This document shows positions 30,736-33,494 of a stretch of 33,494 nucleotides of DNA, in pieces (position 1 is the first letter of the stretch; each line of letters starts with the position of its first letter). The DNA comes from Pirellulales bacterium (lineage in GTDB: Bacteria; Planctomycetota; Planctomycetia; Pirellulales; JAICIG01): positions 1 through 33,494 of the forward strand of contig JBBDYJ010000022.1 in assembly GCA_040901675.1 (NCBI GenBank), written 5' to 3'. The notes beneath the pieces were generated by a model. That model was not told the origin of the DNA. It was given only the letters and a program-made list of their open reading frames with translations, and did not search any database. Made by a program: the position numbers and the translations under genes.

Positions 30736-31365
30736 ATGTACCGCATGTCCTCGGGTGATGAAGAAACGCTTGAAGGACCGATCGCCGTTCTGGTACGGCA
30801 GGCGGCCTATGAGGTGCTCCACTCGGTCGAGGCGCTTCCCGAATGGCCTCTTGGCATCAAGGCATTTGATGAACTCGGGCTTGGGCAAAAGATCTTTATG
30901 CTGCACCAAGTGGCCAGCGCCTTGCTGCTTCGAGACTTCCCTGCTCCCGAATTGACCGCTCCGGTGGAGGCGACCGCGGCCCTTCTATTTCAGACGATCG
31001 AGCACGAGGTCCAATTCGAGATCGATACCCCCGAGGTGCGCGGCGACTGGAAGACCTGGCGGCAGTTGGTCCTTGAATGCTTTGCTGACGATCCGGGGAT
31101 TCCTGATGGTCCACTTCCGGCGCCCGACTCTGAGGATATGGGCGAATGGGAGATTCTGGTCCGGGCGATAGCCGACGGGGTCCTCTGGGACGAGGACTGG
31201 GCGGATAACCAGATGGCCGACAGGCCCCCGGCCATTTCGGGGTACATAAAGGGTGCGATGGACATCCCGGCCGATTACTACGTGGCGATCGTGCCTGACC
31301 CGCATGAGCGAGAACTGGCTCGGCTGGTCCGGGAGCTCCATGATCTGACACGGGAGCCACGATAG
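30736..31365 (+). CDS. Acidic hypothetical protein
   Basis: Coding-like ORF; start uncertain (30625, 30736 or 30745). Confidence 0.7.
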   Translation: MYRMSSGDEETLEGPIAVLVRQAAYEVLHSVEALPEWPLGIKAFDELGLGQKIFMLHQVASALLLRDFPAPELTAPVEATAALLFQTIEHEVQFEIDTPEVRGDWKTWRQLVLECFADDPGIPDGPLPAPDSEDMGEWEILVRAIADGVLWDEDWADNQMADRPPAISGYIKGAMDIPADYYVAIVPDPHERELARLVRELHDLTREPR

Positions 31366-31399
31366 TGCGCCCATACGGTCGCGGAGGCGGCACTTGAGA

Positions 31400-31645
31400 G
31401 CCTTGGCGAACGCTCGCGGAAATGCAGTGTCTGCGATCACCGACGCTTTCCAGGTGCGCCATATCGAGCGAGGCGTGCGGGCAGATCGGCTTGCTCTCCG
31501 CATTGGAGGAGCTGAGCGTCGCGGGACCCAAAGCCTACTTGCATTGGGATGGCGACCGGTACGATCGGCTGTCTCGATTCAACGACGACGGTTTGGCCCA
31601 GCTCAAGGGGCTGCCGAACTTGCGGAGGCTGAGCTTACGGGACAT
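31400..31645 (+). pseudogene. LRR gene remnant
   Basis: Two to three LRR units (LSRCAISSEACGQIGLLSALEELSV; FNDDGLAQLKGLPNLRRLSL), after which the frame loses the pattern. Confidence 0.6.
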
Positions 31646-32079
31646 GGAGGGGCGGACGCCGAGGTGCCCGCTGAGTACCATGCCCGCCGGGTGCTCTTCT
31701 TGGCCCAGCGCTCGCGCCCGCTCTGGCCAGAGTCGTGGCCACTTGGCGGGAGCTGCCCGAGGCGATCAAGGCCGCGATTCTGGCACTCGTCGCGTCGTGC
31801 GCCGACGGCCGCGCGAAGTAACCCGATTATCTCACCCCCTCGCATCCGGCGCGCTGGTCGCGTGCTCGGCACGGGCGTAGCCTGGGATCGACGGGCCGGA
31901 CGACTCCGGGAGTCTCGCGATGCATGTGGCTGGTGCCGTGAGGGCCCCGAAAGGATCGGGTCGGGATGCTTCCTCGAGCGGGCCACGGACGACGATGCGA
32001 TGCTTGACACGCGCCTCGGGCACGGTTCCAATACGGTCGTTTCCTTTATGCTGAGGCGGGTTTGATCAGATATGCTGAG

Positions 32080-32190
32080 GCGGGTTTCATCAGACGGGCG
32101 ACGAGTCACACCTTCCGGCGCTCGTTCGTCGACGCACCTGCGGAAAGACGTTACGATATCGCACGGTTCAGGAGTTGTTGGGCCACTCCG
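32080..32190 (+). pseudogene. intI: Frameshifted C-terminal fragment of an integron integrase
   Basis: AGFIRRATSHTFRRSF, then across frameshifts THL, YDI and TVQELLGHS, matching the IntI box [27 protein letters not shown]. Truncated before the catalytic Tyr. Confidence 0.8.
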
Positions 32191-32229
32191 CGCGGCATGG
32201 CGGCCGTCTCCGCAGAGAATGGGTCAGAC

Positions 32230-32328
32230 GACGAACTAGGCGCTCCAGCAGACGGCGGCCGCGATGCTGGTTTTTCGGAGTTCACCGGCTCTCAGCGCAG
32301 CCGCCGCTGCTGAACTGCATGATTAGCC
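32230..32328 (+). mobile_element. attC site 1 (R' mutated GTT to ATT)
   Basis: R'' GACGAAC, L'' GCTCCAGC, stem CAGCAGACGGCGGCCGCG...CGCAGCCGCCGCTGCTG, L' GCTGAAC, R' ATTAGCC. Confidence 0.8.
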
Positions 32329-32337
32329 AGCGGAACC

Positions 32338-33234
32338 ATGCCCGATCTCGAACTTCCCAACGGCGTGCTCAAGTGGCTGGCGGCAGTCTTCACAGAGTGT
32401 GATCGCCGTATCACTCAGAAGCTGCACAATAACCCGAACCTTCCAGAGGAGTCGCTCGACCTCACTTGGATTGAGCACCTGTCCCAGTTCTCTTCCCCAG
32501 TAACGGTTGCCAAAGCTTGGACGGCCAAGATCGAAAGCCACTTCCTCGGTGGGTTGCGACACTTCTATCGCTGGGAGATTGCAGACATCGGCGTTCTACT
32601 CTTCGTTCGAAGAGGCGGCAGGGTGCAGCTGAGCAAGGTCGCCTTACTGCAGTCAAAGCGGCTCTACCCAAGCAGCAACCAGATAGTGGAAGAAGGTCGA
32701 ATTGACTACGAGATCGGGTTTGCACGTATCGCCGATCCGGAAGATCTGGCACGCTCGATTGCGGTCGAGCATGAGTTCGAGTTCACCGCTGATTGCAGGT
32801 ACACTGCGCTCAAGGCAAAGTCGGAGCAAGTCAAGGCGATCGACGGTTACGAGAAAAAGAGCAAGCTTCCCGTGTACTACCAGTTCTACAATCCTTGGAA
32901 GCTTCCCTTCACGCAGCGCGTTCCGATTTCAGAATATGAGGCGCTGCCCGCCGGACGCGGCCTTGGTACGCGAATAATCCCTGCCAAGAAAGTGCACGCG
33001 AAAATCGCGAAGGAGAAGAAGGGGTTTTCCCCTTCGGTGAAAGATATCCGCGGCCTGACCCGTGACGCACATTCAGAGGGCTGGTCACTTCCGCTCTTTG
33101 TCACCGATCTATTTCTGGGCTGTAAAGAGGGCGCGCGATTCGACGGGATTCAGGATGAGCGCGTGCAAACTTTGTTTTATCGTCGATCGGGGCCCATCGC
33201 GGCAGCCATCTCGATAACAATCGAAGGCCCTTGA
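32338..33234 (+). CDS. Integron cassette protein, PD-(D/E)xK nuclease-like
   Basis: EESLD helix, IADIG and LLQSKR (D...QxK) motifs. Visibly lower GC and Lys-rich. Tightly bounded by attC sites. Confidence 0.75.
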   Translation: MPDLELPNGVLKWLAAVFTECDRRITQKLHNNPNLPEESLDLTWIEHLSQFSSPVTVAKAWTAKIESHFLGGLRHFYRWEIADIGVLLFVRRGGRVQLSKVALLQSKRLYPSSNQIVEEGRIDYEIGFARIADPEDLARSIAVEHEFEFTADCRYTALKAKSEQVKAIDGYEKKSKLPVYYQFYNPWKLPFTQRVPISEYEALPAGRGLGTRIIPAKKVHAKIAKEKKGFSPSVKDIRGLTRDAHSEGWSLPLFVTDLFLGCKEGARFDGIQDERVQTLFYRRSGPIAAAISITIEGP

Positions 33235-33240
33235 CCTGCT

Positions 33241-33339
33241 GGCTAACCAACCGCAGTGGACGGCAGCCGCGTCAGTGTTATCTGGATTCTGGTGTTGCTC
33301 GGGCGCGGCCCTTGCCCACCGAACGGTCTTATGTTAAAG
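33241..33339 (+). mobile_element. attC site 2 (degenerate)
   Basis: R'' GGCTAAC 6 nt after the stop codon, partial stem (ACCG/CGGT, GTGG/CCAC, GCCGCG/CGCGGC), R' GTTAAAG. Confidence 0.65.
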
Positions 33340-33494
33340 CGCGACATCCGGCACGACATCCAATCCCGAAGCGAATACCGCTGCTCGTTGTTCTGAACGA
33401 CGTCGTCCCGGCCACACACAATTGCCAATTCCTTCCTTAAGGAACGGCCGAAAAATAACTTCCCCATTTGGCCACTGAGGGGTAGTTTGGAAGG

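Noticed and set aside
32047..32094. Possible mini-CRISPR from the 24-bp repeats
   Set aside because: Only two abutting copies with no spacer.
31394..32313. ORFs 31394-32065, 31603-32109 and 32062-32313 as real genes
   Set aside because: They read through a mosaic of remnants (LRR, micro-ORF, intI, attC) and have no coherent protein character.

Overview
A GC-rich bacterial chromosome segment whose gene content is typical of Planctomycetota (an inference from the sulfatase, LRR, TPR, WD40 and thioredoxin-YHS proteins). The left edge is the end of an integrative element, with a tyrosine integrase converging on the 3' end of tRNA-Ser(GGA). Next comes the most interesting locus, a four-gene + strand operon: polytopic membrane protein, Zn-ribbon membrane protein, radical SAM enzyme with tetraether-synthase (Tes/GDGT-MAS)-like Cys motifs, and a divergent Lgt-family protein. 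Core-like genes follow: rho with an approximately 500-nt leader, thioredoxin-YHS, glpK/glpD, two tandem paralogous membrane-anchored WD40 proteins, a DoxX-Gfo/Idh/MocA-TIM barrel operon, an LRR protein and a sulfatase. The right end (about 28.7-33.5 kb) is accessory and decaying: a REP-like hairpin, gene remnants, a frameshifted integron-integrase fragment and a gene cassette between two attC-like sites that encodes a PD-(D/E)xK-like protein. All calls come from reading motifs by eye; no searches were run.
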